A DNA stretch of 64,000 nucleotides from positions 43,960,001 to 44,024,000 of the forward strand of contig CM052817.1 in the NCBI GenBank assembly GCA_028534125.1, written 5' to 3'. Under the pieces are notes generated by a model that saw nothing but the letters and a program-made list of their open reading frames with translations, was not told the DNA's origin and ran no database searches. The DNA is from Lama glama (Eukaryota). Positions 49,240 through 62,442 of this stretch are shown piece by piece. Both the position numbers and the translations under genes were made by a program. Every line of letters starts with the position of its first letter. Position 1 is the first letter of the stretch.

Positions 49240-51780
49240 AAATCAACTTTAATATACATATGATAAAATGCATCCACTTTAAGTTTACAGTTTGATAGGT
49301 ATTCATCTGTGTACCCACCACCCTAATCAAGTTATTTAGTTATTCCAATCAAGTCATTTAGTTATTCCAATCAAGGTATGGTATATTTCCATTACCCACA
49401 AAAGTTCCCTCATGCCTCTTTATCATCAATATCCATCCCCACCCCACCAGACACAAATAACTGCTGATCTCTTTTCTGTCACTAGAGATTAATTTTCCTT
49501 TTCTAAAATTTCACATAAAAGGAATCATACAGTAAATATTCTTTGGTGTCTGGCTTCTTTCATTTAGTGTGTTTTTGAAATCCACAGTGTGTGCATTAAT
49601 AGTCTGTTGACTTTTGTTATCAAGCAGGCTTCTATTATATGGATATGCCATTTACCATTCACCTGTTAATTGACATTTGGGTTGTCACCAGTTTTAGGCT
49701 GTTATGAGCAAAGGTGCTATGAATACTTATGTACAGTTGTCTTTGTGAGGATATATGTTTTCATTTCTTGTTGTTATATACTTAGGAGTAGAAATGATGA
49801 GTCGTATGGCAAATGTAAATTTAACTTTATAAGGAGCTGCCAAACTCTTTTCCAAAGTGGTTGTGCCATTTTATATTTGCACCAGCACTATATGAGAGTT
49901 CTAACTGCTCTATATTCTCACCATTTGGTAGTCTCAGATTTTGTTTCTGCTTTCTTTTTAGCCATTCTATGGATTTATAATAATATTTAATGATTTAACT
50001 TGTATTTCTCTGGTGGTTAAGAATGTTGAGCATCTTTTTGTCTATCTATTGGCCAATCTCATATCTTCTTTATTTTAAGGATCAAATTACCAGCCCAATT
50101 TAAAAACTGGGTTATTGTCATCTGATTATCAAGCTATAAATGTTCTTTATATATTCTGGATGCAAGTCCTTCATCAGATATATGTAAGGAATATATTTTC
50201 TACCAGTCTGTTTTGGCTTGTTTTCTCATTTTCTTAAAGTCGATATTTGCCTAAAGTATTTAATTATGATAGAATCCTTTTATTAATCTTTTTCTTTCAT
50301 ATTTTGTGCTTTTATCTCATATCCAAGAAGTCTTTGTCTTCCCCAAGTTTGTGAAGATATTTTCTTATGTTTTGTTGTAGCAATTTTATAATTTTTGTTT
50401 TTACATTTCAGTTTATATTCAATTTCGTTACCTTTTACATTTGGTGTGAACTAAGAGTTGAATTTCATATTTTTTCATGTGTTTATCCAGTTGTTCAAGT
50501 GCTATTTGTTGAAAAAACACTTTCTGCAATTGAATTACTTGGACACAATCATTTTCTTTGATAAGTACAGAGCTATTAAAATATTTCTTTTAATGTTAGT
50601 TTTGTAGCTGTGTCATACAAGGAATTTGTCCATTTCATCTAACTTGTCCAATTTATTGCATTAATTTGTTCATAATGGTCCCCTTGTATCCTTTTAATAT
50701 CTTAGAGTGAAGTTACTTCTTTTATTCCTGATTTTAATCTTTTGTATCTTCTTTTTTCTTGACTAGTCTGATTAGAAGCTTAATAATTTTTCAGAGAACC
50801 AGCTTTTGGTTTCATTGATTTTTTTTCCCTGTAAGTTGTGTTTTCTGTTTCATGATTCCATTTATATTTTTATTATTTCTCACATTCTATTTACCCTGGG
50901 CTCAATTTGTTCTTTTTCCTTGCTTTTTCATGTGGAATCTTGTGTTACTGATTTTAAAGTTTTATTCTTTTCTAATATAAGCACTTGAAGCTCTAAATTT
51001 CCCTCTAATCAACGCTTTACATCCTACAAATTATGTGTTGCATTTTCATTATTTTTCAGATAAAATACATCCTAATATTCCTTGTGATAGACTGTATGAT
51101 ATATGGATTATTTAGAAATGTGTTGTTTAAGTTACAAATATCTGTGCATTTTTCAGTGTCCCTTTGTTACTGATTTCTAATTTACCCTGTTCTCAGAGAA
51201 CACATTCTATGACTTCAGTGCTTTAAATTTCTTCAGACTCTATGCAGTCCTGTATATGGTCTGATTTGGTGAATGATCCATGTGCATCTGAAAATAGTAT
51301 GTACATACTCTGTTGTTTTGGGGTGAAGTGTTCTATAAATGTTCTATAAACATCTAGATCAAGCCGGCTGATATTGCTATTTCATTCTTCTGTTTTCTTA
51401 AGGAATTTTCTTTCTATTCTACCAATTACTGAGAAAAGAGAGTTGAACTTTTCCAGGTATTACTGTATTTATCTGTTTCCAGTTTCAGTTCTGTCAGGTT
51501 TTGCCTCGTGTATTTTTGAAGTAACTAGTTATAAACACATTTATGATTATATTTTCTTGATGAAATGACTCAGTTTCACTATGAGAAGTTTCTCTTTATC
51601 TCTAGTCATATTTCTTGTCCTGAGGTATCATTCTAGTTTTCTGAAAATAAATCTTTGCAAGGTAAATTTTTTATCCTTCTACTTTAATTTAATAGGTTTT
51701 TTAAAAAATTTATTTATGAAAGGTTTCTTGCAAACAGAAAATAGTTGGATTTTGCTGTACCCTCAGTCATTCTATTGAGT
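49240..51780 (-). mobile_element. Old L1M (L1MD/ME) with internal deletions
   Basis: T-rich antisense L1 3' UTR/ORF2 text (gctgccaaactcttttccaaagtggttgtgccattttat...). Confidence 0.8.
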
Positions 51781-53278
51781 GCTTTGTATCTTGTTATTAA
51801 ATACATTAAAATTTGCCACATAAATGACACACAGCTGAGGGAGATAACAATTGCTCTGTAACATGGAATGCAAGAAATATTATGTGTCTATTTTCTAAAA
51901 AGAGTTCTATCAAGCTAGTTTCTTCTCTCATCAGGGTTGATAGAAATGCCAGTATCTCTCTGTTTTTATGACCCTTCTGAGCTAATGATCATGGAAAATA
52001 GTGGAGACTGTTGGTTCTTAATCACTTTTTGATGTCATTGCCATTGGTCTTTGCCCAGGCCCACGTGGCTCAGTGGAAGGCTGCCAGGTTTGGTGAGACT
52101 TGGTTGTTCCCTCCCCTACTGCTGAGCTCAGACGTGGGCCCTCCGTGGGAGACTGCAAGGCTGAGATGGTTAGAGCTTCCCGTGCGTATCCAGGCAACCG
52201 TCTCTGCCAGTGGCTCTGCCTGTCTCTAGTGAGCCTCATCAGAGTGAACCAGAATTTCCTCATCTACTCATAAAGCACAGAGCCCTTACCGTCTTTCTCT
52301 TCAAATTAACCAACCTAGTCACCTTTGGCTTCTACAGTGCACGGGAGGAAGTTGGGGATGGGTGCCAAGAAAAGGAAACATTTTCTGATTTCTTTTTCCC
52401 AGGAAGAGTCTATAGCTACCCACCCCTCCACCAAAAAAAAAAAAAAAAAAAAAGAAAGAAAGAAAAAAAAGAAAAAATGTTCAGTACACCAAATAAACCT
52501 CTCAGCAATTTACTGTTACACCTTCAGGATAAGCAATCATGAGTCATTCTTCACTGAGTGTTAAGAAAATGTTTAATAAGACTGAGAAGGGCAGAGAACT
52601 CTATGAAAGCTTCCAGGGCAGCCTAAGTTGGCTATGAACTGAGCCACAGGTGTCCTGCCCAAGAATTGCAAGAGTGACTGTGTTGCTGACCAGGGGGTGG
52701 GTGGAATAGTGCTGAGATCTAGAGGAACTCGACCCTTTTCACACAAGAAAAGTCTGCATGAGTAACTCTCCTGCTCTGCCTGCTTTCCTCTCTAGTGAAT
52801 AAACTGTGTGTTCAGTGTGTTATTCAAAATTTTTGAGCCCCTGTGCTTAAGACTTTAAATATAGAAGAAAAATAAAGAACTTCTCAGCATTTGTAGAGGA
52901 TGGAGAGAAACAGCTGCAAAACAAAATGTGCCCTAGTCGGCTGTCTGTCTCCGAGAGGAGATAAAACGAACCAGGGAAGATGACCGTTGATGCTTAGCAA
53001 TTTTCATTTAAGCAATGCTGAACTTCTGTGTGCGAAAGACTGCACTACAAACCTGCATGTGTAAAGTGCTGAGAACAGTGTCCAGCTCAGTAAGTGCTAA
53101 CTGCTATCATTACCATTAGTATTAACAGCAGATTTCTTTTACTCTCTCTCTTATAACCTTTTTGAAGGAAATTGTAGCAAAGGCAAAAATCTTATTTGTG
53201 CAAACTTCCTGTCTTCCCTCCTTAGGCTGTAAGCTCTGTAGACTAGGAATTATCCTGGGAAGGAGACTGATGTAAAAA

Positions 53279-53302
53279 GAGAGAGAGAGAGAGAGAGAGA
53301 GA
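53279..53302. repeat. (GA)n microsatellite
   Basis: Dinucleotide run. Confidence 0.9.
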
Positions 53303-53954
53303 AAGAAAAAACTGCTTTCCTTTTATAGGTGCTAATTTATTCTCCTTTTTGAAACTGAAAGGAAAGAATCAGAAAGCTAAACATCATTAGAACTATGCTT
53401 ACTCCCTAAGAATGAGCATGCTATAAGAGCTTGTTTGAATACTGTGTTTTAACAATGGATTATTTTAGTATACTGTTCCTGGCCCCCCCCCAAAAAAAAC
53501 TATATTAAAGACATGAATCAAGAACTGTTTCATAGTTGAAACTGAAAAATACCCATCATTCTGTTTGAATAAAAATTTTGAATGCTGCTACAAACCACAT
53601 CCTGAAAGTGAAGAAATATTTTGCATAGCTAGCATCCTCCTTAGGACTGTGTTATATGATGCAGAATGAGGAAATAAAATACCTAATTATAGCTTAAGAC
53701 CTTTCTTGCCTCCAGTTAGAGGGCTGGTTTTCCCTAAGCTATCTGGTAGGCAGTACAGCTAGATGCCATTCTAGGACTCCTCTCACCCTGTGACCCCAGT
53801 AGCCCTGGGTAGCTTCTTATCTACTGCAGTCACTGTTTAACTTTTCAAAGGAAAAGTTAAAAAGGAAAAGGAAAAAAATGTTGCTACTTTTTCATCTCCT
53901 GTTTCCCCATCACAGTTTGACCCTGTGATCTACCCCTCCTCTGTTACAATAATG

Positions 53955-54180
53955 TCTAACACTTATAGAGCATTTATTCTCACCCAGCACTATGCTAAGT
54001 ACTTTACCCTGACTAGCATATTTAATCTTCACAACAAACTCATAAAGTGAGCAATATTTTCACTCCCATTTACAGATGAAGAAACTGAAGCACAGAGAGG
54101 CTAAGGGAGTTATCCAAACTTCCACAGCTAATTAACAACAAGCCAGGACTTGAATCCAAGCAGACAGGCTTTTGAGTTTA
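53955..54180 (-). mobile_element. MIR SINE
   Basis: atttaatcttcacaacaa...cccatttacagatgaagaaactgaagcacagagaggctaag. Confidence 0.85.
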
Positions 54181-54197
54181 TGTCTTCCCCTCCCCCC

Positions 54198-55925
54198 AGC
54201 TTTATTGAGATATGATTGACCTATAATATTGTGTGAATTTAATCTGTACAATGTGATGATTTGATGTGTTCATATATTGCATAATGATTACCACCATACT
54301 GTTAGCTTGCATCTCCATCACGTGATATAAATTGCCACTTTTTTGTAGTAAGAATATTTAAGATCTACTCTCTCACCAACTTTCAAGTATATAATACAGT
54401 ATTGTTAACTATAATCACCATGCTGTACCTTAGACCCCCAGAATTTATTAATCTTATAACTGGAAATTTGTATTCTTTGACCAGCATCTCCCCATTTCTA
54501 CCACCCTTCCAGTCCATTCTACTTTCTATGAGTTTGGCTTTTTTTAGATTCCATATATAAGTGATATCATACAGTATTTGTCTTTCTGTTGCTGACTTAT
54601 TTCATCTAGCATAATACCCTCAAGTTTCATCCAAGTTACTGCAAAAGCAAAATTTCCCTTTTTCTCATGGCTGAATGATATTCCATTGTGTGTGTGTGTA
54701 TTTGTATTTATATATATTTTATATATTTACATATACACATACATACAATGTCTTCTTTATGCATTCATACATTGAGGGACACTTACGTTTTTTCCACATC
54801 TTGGCTATTTTGTATAATCCTGCGATGAATATGGGAGTGCAGATATCTCTTCAAGATCCTGTTTTCATTTCCTTTAGATATATACCCCTAAGGAGAATTG
54901 CTAGATTGTATGGTAGTTCTATTTTTAATTTTTTGAGGAACTGCCGTACTATTTTCCGTGGTGGCTGTACCAGGTTATGTTCCTACCAACAGTGCACAAG
55001 TGTTCCCTTTTCTCAACAACCTCTACAACACTTGTTATCCCTTGATTTTTTATGACAGCCATTTAATAGTATGAAGTAATGTCTCACTGTGGTTTTGATT
55101 TGCATTTCCCAGGTTAGTGATGTTGAGCACCTTTTCATGTACCTGTTGGACATTTGTACATATTCTTAAAAAAAAAGTCTATTCAGGTCCTTTGCCCATT
55201 TTAAAATCAGATTATTTGGATTTTGGCCTTAAGCGTGTGAGTTTTTTATGTGCTTTGGATCTTAACCCCTTATCATGATTTGCAAATATTTTTCTCCCAT
55301 TCCATATGTTGCCTTTTCATTTAGTTGATTGTTTCTTTTGATGTACTTCCATTGATTAATTTTTGCTTCTGTGTGCTTTTGAAGTTACATCCAAAAAATT
55401 ATTGCCAAGATCAATGTCAAGGAACTTTTTTCCCCATGCTTTCTTCTAGGAATTTTATGGTTTCTGTTCTTATGTTTAAATTTTTAATCCAGTTCAAGTT
55501 AATTTTTGTGAATGGTATAAGATAGGGATTGAATTTTATTCTTCTGCATATGGTTATCCAATTTCCCAACACCATTTATCCTTTCCTCACTAAGTATTAC
55601 TGGCAACTTTGTCAAATATTAGTTAACCATGTATGTGAGGGTTTATTTCTAGTCTCTAAATTCTGTTCCATTGGTCTATGTCTCTATTTTTTATACCAGT
55701 ATCATATTACTTTGATTATTATAGCTTTGTAGTATAGTTTGAAACCAGGAAATGTGATTCCTCCAGTTTTATATGCTTTCTCATAATGGCTTTGACTTCA
55801 TGGTCTTTTGTGGTCCCATATGAAATTTAGGATTATTGGGGTTTTTTTATTTCTATGAAAAATCATCTTGGAATTTTGATAGGAATTGTACTGAATCTAT
55901 AGGTGGCTTTGGGTGGTATGGAACC
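54198..55925 (-). mobile_element. L1MA-type LINE-1 3' portion
   Basis: agctttattgagatatgattgac...atttaagatctactctct...aactttcaagtatataatacagtattgttaactata, followed by antisense ORF2 text. Confidence 0.85.
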
Positions 55926-56352
55926 ATAGTCTATGCTCTTAATGACTAAGTTCTGGTAGTTTTTCATGATAAATGCCAGAGCTGAAAGGGAGCTTGAAAA
56001 TTAATTACTTCAAACCCCTCATTTTACAGATTCAACTAAAGGATGGTTAAAGTATTGCTGTTTACTATTTATCCTATTGTAGACCAAATCTAGGCATCCC
56101 AGCTTTCATCTTGTTTACCTTACAACATCACGGAAATAAGGCAGAATATAAATGAGACTCCCAACCATGCTGGTTATCTGCCGGTCTCTCCAGATGTACA
56201 CTCTACTCTGCTTACTCCCAGGAAGCCGACTTACACAGGCTGCATCAGTGGGCTCCCTTTCTCCCTGGATTCCAGTGGATTTTGACCAGTGGAGGGGCCC
56301 CAGCAGAAGATTCAGGGAGGAGAGTGAAACTAGGGTATTTATTCTAATGTGC

Positions 56353-56944
56353 TGTATAGTTATTTATTGCTGCTTAACAAATTGTCTCAAATTTAGTAGT
56401 ATAAAATTACCATTTTATTGGGCTCACAAGTTTTTTGGGTCAGGAATTCAGACAGAGCATAGTGGGGATGGCTTCTCTCTGCTCCACTATGTTTAGGATT
56501 TTATCTGGAACTCAAGGCTAAAGGTGGCTTCACAGCTGGGAGCTTATTATCTTAAGACATGTTCACTCACATGTCTAGCAGCTGATGTTAGTTATTGGCT
56601 GGGACTTTAGCTGAATATTTGGCCAAAATATCTCCATATGGACTCACTGTTGGCCTCCCCACCTGTGCGAGTTTGGGCTTCTTCACAGATAGCATCTGGG
56701 TTCCAACAGTGAGTGTCCCCAAGAAAGCAGATTGACATGCTTAACATTTTTATGTTCTAGCCTTGGGGGTTGCACAGTGCCACTTCCATCATGCTCTTTT
56801 GGTCAAAATAGTCACAAAGCTCTGCCCAGATTAAAGGAGAGAGAATACAGATGACAACACTTTATGGCAGAAATGTCAAGGTCACATTGTAAGAAAAGCA
56901 TGTGGGATGGGAGAGATTTTGCAGTCATCTTTGGAAAGTACACA
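56353..56944 (-). mobile_element. MLT1G/H-type MaLR LTR
   Basis: tatttattgctgcttaacaaatt...gggtcaggaattcagacagagcatagtggggatggc...gcagtcatctttggaaa. Confidence 0.7.
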
Positions 56945-57667
56945 ATGAGTATGGCTCAACTGGAGAGGCATGCCTAGCAGGGAAAGAAGTGTATTAAAAA
57001 ATTTATGAAAATGTAAAAGAAGCAGCATGTTATACAACTGTTATTCAAGGTACCCTCTAGGCTTAAAAAAAATGGATTCAGAACCAAGTTCCTAAAATAC
57101 CCCCAATTCTTCCTGTGAAAATGAATGTTCTTGACCATGCCTTGTATGTCCCCTGAAAGAACTTCTTTCCTCCCTGCTCCTCTCTCTCTCTTTCTTTCTC
57201 TTTCTCTCTCGGAAAGAGGATATTGTGGGGACAGTATGGGTGGGAAAGAGCTTTTTATTCAGGAAAGAAATTGCTCAGCATTTCCCTTTTATAATTTCAG
57301 AAATCTTGCCATAGTATGCAAAGCAGTCTTCAGGAGGGTTGGAAGACGGGCTCTACTTCTGAGGTAATGCTGAAAATACAGTTAGTGCTGGTTTCAAAAA
57401 GATTTTCAGAAGGTCTTCGATAAATATAATAACATTGAAAGCAAGGTTCCACAAATGTATATACTTCTCTCTAGTCATGGAATTAAAGAAGCAAAAAGAG
57501 ACCTTAGTACCTGTTTATGGCCCAACCCCGTTATTTTGCAAGCATGGAAACTGGAAATGAGACGTTAAGAGGCACACCTAAGATCTACACTGCTTGGACT
57601 TCTGTTATTTATGAAAAATTTGAAATAGAGCCTAACTCAAATTCCCCACTTCTCTTAAAGGTATATC

Positions 57668-58540
57668 TTTTAAATTGAACTTTTTATTTTGAGATAATTG
57701 TATATTCACACACAGCTATAAGAATAATAGAGATCTCATGTTTTCCATTTTCCCCAATGATAAGATCTTATAAAACAACATTGTAACCAGAATATTGACG
57801 CTGATGCAGTGAAGATACAGAATGTTCTTCTTAACACAAGAATCCCTTATGTTGTCCTGAAATAACCACACATACTTCTTCCTGCCCCACCCCCTTCTTA
57901 ACCACTGGTAACTACTAATTTGTCCTCCATTTCTGTAATTTGTCATTTAAGGAATGTTACCTAAGTGGAATCATAACAGTATATGAGCTTCTGGGATCAG
58001 CTTTTTCCACTCAGCATAGTTCTCTGGAGATTCAGCCAGGTGGTTGAGTGTGTCAATAATTTGTTCTTTTTATAACTAAGTGGTAATCCATGCTGTGGAT
58101 GTACCACAGTTTCACCGTTTACTTGTTGAAGAACACCTTGGTTGTTTCCAGTTTTGTGCTGTTAGAAATAAAGCTCTTATAAACATCATATTCCAGTTTT
58201 TGTGTGTAAACATAATCTTCATTTGTCTGGGATAAATTCCCAGGAGTGCAATTGCTGGGTCATATGGTAGCTGCTTATTAAGTTTTTAAAGAAACTGCCA
58301 AACTGTTGTCTCGAGTGGCTGTATCATTTTATGTTCCCACCAGCAATGTATGAATCATCCACCCAGACTCTGCTTCTCCCCACCAGCCTTTGGCATCACA
58401 GCTGTTTTTCATTTTAGCTGTTCTCACAGGTGTGTCGTGCTCTCTATCTGTGGTTTTGTATTTCCCTGTGACTAATGATGTTAGGCATCTTTTCACATGC
58501 TTATTGACCATCTGTATGTCTTCTTTGGTGAAATGTGTCA
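57668..58540 (-). mobile_element. L1MC-type LINE-1 3' end
   Basis: ttttattttgagataattgtatattcacacacagctataagaaataatagaga; ORF2 remnant HFTKEDIQMVNKHVKRCLTSLV. Confidence 0.85.
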
Positions 58541-58699
58541 CAGGCATATTTAAAAATATTTAATACAAGCAAAGTCTACCTGCCAGCTTGCTCACTCATT
58601 CTTAGGGTCTTGTTAGCCAAAGTTCCAGTCCCTGATATTCACAAAAGGAAACCAACTTGCCCACCATTTTCCAGCCCCATTGGCTTCTGTCAGCGTCTT

Positions 58700-59065
58700 C
58701 AGCACGTCAAACTCTTCTCGTTTGGCCAGCAAACACAATGGCTCTGTGACCAGTCTGCCTGGTTCCCCATGTGGCTGGCTCTTCTCAACTTTGAGTCTCA
58801 GCTTAAAGGCCACTGCTTTAGAAAGGTCTCCCTTGACTTCCTTAAGTTGGTCCTCTGTTAGTCTCTCTTGTGGCTCTGGTCTCCCTCCATTACGTTTACC
58901 CAAGTCTGCAGTTTTACTTATCTGTTTTTTGTCACCATCTTCCCTTACATCATGTTGTGCAGACTCCATCAGGCCAGGGACCTTGCATCTTTTCTCACTT
59001 GAAGCCTCAGCACCTGGGCTAAGTGCCAAGTATTTAATAAAACAGCAGATTTGGTGAATGAATGG
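58700..59065 (+). mobile_element. L2 LINE 3' end
   Basis: ggctggctcttctcaactttgagtctcagcttaaa...cctcagcacctggg...tttggtgaatgaatg. Confidence 0.7.
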
Positions 59066-59412
59066 GTCCCTTTCAGTCTCACTTTATCCAGATGTCAAGT
59101 TACCCCAGGCTTCTCCCTCTTGAATGTATTTTCTATCATTTTCCTTTTCTATTTCCCTGCTATCATCACCATCACCATCCTTAGGATTAAGCTAAGACAT
59201 ACATCATATTTTACCACATGAAACACTTGATAATATGAAGATCTGTTTTAGGTTGAGTTGGCATTTAGTCACTAAACCTATTTCATGAATATTTAACATA
59301 GAAAAAAATTGTATTTAGTGTATTAGTGTATATTATCTAATGCATTATCCAATTTCACAAAGTAAAAATGTTTATGTAAGATTCAGATACATAGGAATAT
59401 ATACTAAAGTAG

Positions 59413-59800
59413 TGTTATAGGCTGAAGTGTGTTCCCTCAAAGTTTATATGTTGAAGTCCTAACCCCTAGTACATCAGAATGTGACTGTATTTGGAGGTAG
59501 GGTCTTTAGAGAGGTACTTAAGGTTAAGTGATGTCATTAGAGTGGGCTCTAAACCAATAGGACTGGTGTCTTTATAAGAAGAGGAAATTTACATACAGAT
59601 ACACACAGAGGGAAGACCACATGAAGACCCAGGGATAAGACAGCCATTTACAGACCAAGGAGAGAGGCTCCAGAAGAAACCAACCTTGCCGATACCTTAT
59701 CTTGGACTTCTAGCCTCCAGGACTGTGAGAAAATCAACTTCTGTTATTCAAGTCACTCAGTCTGTGGTAATTTTTATGACAGCCCTAGCAAACTAATACA
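59413..59800 (+). mobile_element. MLT1B MaLR solo LTR, full length
   Basis: tgttataggctgaa...gcaaactaataca with a perfect 5-bp TSD agtag (59408-59412 / 59801-59805). Confidence 0.9.
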
Positions 59801-62108
59801 AGTAGTTTATAGTAGCAAGATGAGATGGTAGAATTATGGAAATTCACTGTTTGATTCTCTGCATTTTTAACTTCCTATAAAATTATCTACAAATCTTGTT
59901 ACTAAAATTATTTTAATGCTACCCCACCCTAAGCTGGTAGATGGAGATGGTTTGAGATGAAATTAATGAGAAAATGATAAATTAAGAAGGAACAAGCTGG
60001 CTAATTAATCCCCCCTCTTGTCATTGAATACATTGAAAATAAATTCATAGCTGAAGTTGAATGAGCTTTTAAAGTCTTGATTGAAGGAAAGTGTGCTGAG
60101 TGGTCGGTCCTCTGAACAGACCATGATCACCCAGGCAAGATGGCCTGTATTCTTCACCTGGAAGCAGATCTTCAGTGTGGTCCACAGCCCAGTGCTCCAG
60201 GGTCTATGCATGTGGCTTCTAAAGCCTTGATCTGAGACTCACAGAACAAACTAACTGCATACATTCCTTATCAGTTACTTGGAAATAAATTCCAGACTGG
60301 GCTGCCCATACCAAGACGAATGATGGACATTGGCTCTGGAAGTCAATCAGGCAATAGAGTGTGTGGTGCCGGTACACTCAACCTCTCACCTCATTAGCAG
60401 GGTCAGTTTGTTCATACGTCGTCTTTCACTCCCTTGAAAAAATATAATTGGCCAAGAGTAGCCAAAGATGATCAGATAAAATCTATTGGACCCAAGGACC
60501 TCTATCGACTGGGCCAATCCTCGTTTCACAGGGGAGAAAACTGGGACCCCAAAATACTCAGAGTATTCACAGTGCTCACATTTGTGCATAGAGAATATTT
60601 ATAGCAGTCTACCTCAGTCTGAAGTTAGAGATAAAGGCTCCTTGGAGACGTACGAAGCCTAAAATTTCTCATGCTATGAACAGCACTTTGGATTCCCTTG
60701 TTAGGCCTTGTCTTATATCTCAGAGGGAAATACATTTAAGGGATGTTCCAAAATTAATTTCTTATCTTACAACATTGGGCTAGAAGTTAAAATCCCATCA
60801 GTACTACATCTGGAAAATATAAAGAGATTGATTAACTGTTGGAGAAAGCTGTACTATCACTGAAGAGTAATTCCGTCTCACCAGTGAATATTGTTCAATA
60901 ATTACTCTTTTGATAAATTATGTCCTCTCTTCAGCATGCCCAGGTACAGGTATTTGTTTTATAGCACTTTGGAACAGATTAAGTAGGGAGCAGATTCATT
61001 TGAGAACCAGACCCAAAGGATTAAATATGTACTAAATTATTATATATTTCTACCATATATATTCTAATTCTCAGAAGTTAATTGAACTCCTGTACAGTTA
61101 AAAACTTTTTAAGAAATAGAATTCGATGGGACAGTCCGTCTTCAAGGAGAGCTCAGTCTAGTAGAAAAATCACACACATGAGACACTGAGTTGAACAAGC
61201 ACAACAGAAAATGTCATTCTGCTCTCCCCACTACCTGTTCTGAAGAACAAATACTTCCTTGTGCCTTAAAAGAAACCTAGGACAGGTCTCAGGACTTTCC
61301 TGGTAAATCTCAAGTAACAAAGTCCCTGGTTACTTCTCGAGGTAAAAAAAGGCTTGTTTCAGTAATTCATACCCTGTAAAAACTCCAGATTTCACCTTAA
61401 GGTAAAGGTTCCTCTTCCCAGTGGCTTCTCCATCACCCTCCCAGGGCCCAGCTACTCCTCTCCCACTTGCTAGGCTGCCTCTGGCTCCTGGAAGTCTGGA
61501 GCCTAGGATAGGGGCCAGAGGTGTGCTCAGAGGCAGGGACAGGCTTGGCTGGCCCCCCGGTGATCTCGGGCCAAGGCAGGTGTCTAGTTGACAGCATCTC
61601 CTCTGGGTTGGTCAGAGGGCCCTGCTGGGAACAGCAAAGGAACTTCCTCTGACACAGGTGATGCACTTTCTCCTGGGTGGCTGTTTGTATCTCCTCCCTC
61701 ACTCCCTGAGAACTGGAGGGTCCATCTCTCAGTTGGGGTAACCACCCTGCAGGGGAGTCCTTTTCAGCAGAGTCCTCTCTGCCGTGGACCCACAGGACCC
61801 CTGAGCTGGAAAGGGACGTGCCACTGGCTTTCAGGGCAACCTGGTTGAGCTCTCTGCTCTCCTGCCCTGACTCGTCACCACGGCTTCTTGCCTTTAGATC
61901 CTTCAGCAGTGTTTTACTGTTCCTCAGACTTCAGGGGCTATAGGTCAAACGCTCTTAGTTCATCAAAGCCCTGACCACTAAGCTTGAGGAAGAGGAAAGC
62001 ACCTTCATGCCTCTTCCATGAGGTGGGGAGGCCCACAGCACCAGTGACCCCGTCCAAAGTAATCCTTTTTTTTTTTCTCTCTGTTCCAATTTCTTGACTG
62101 AATTCTTT

Positions 62109-62442
62109 TTTTATTATATATTTATCTTTAAAAAAATTTGAAGTATAGTTGATTTACAATGTTTCAGGTGTGCAGCAAAATGATTCAGTTATCCATACAT
62201 ATTCATATTCTTTTTCAGATTCTTTTCCATTATACTTTATTACAAGATATTCAATATAGTTCCCTGTGCTATACAGTACTCTTTGTTATCTATCTTATAT
62301 ATAGTTCCCTGTGCTATACTATATTCTTTATTGTTTATTTTATATATAGTAGTGTATATCTGTTAAGCCCAAACTCCTTATTTATCCTACCCCCACTTCA
62401 CTTTCCCCTTTGGCAACCATAGTCTGTTTTCCATGTCTGTGT
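62109..62442 (-). mobile_element. 5'-truncated cetartiodactyl L1 3' end with 15-bp TSD
   Basis: TSD ttgactgaattcttt at 62094-62108 and 62443-62457. An internal ~45-bp tandem duplication repeats atatagttccctgtgctatac. Confidence 0.85.

Noticed and set aside
53836..53861. Short hairpins (11-bp stem here; 9-bp stem at 62736-62757)
   Set aside because: Within chance expectation for 64 kb of AT-rich DNA and too short for a pre-miRNA.
58613..59057. Overlapping 125-138 aa ORFs on both strands
   Set aside because: They lie in an L2 3' end and have no coding signature.
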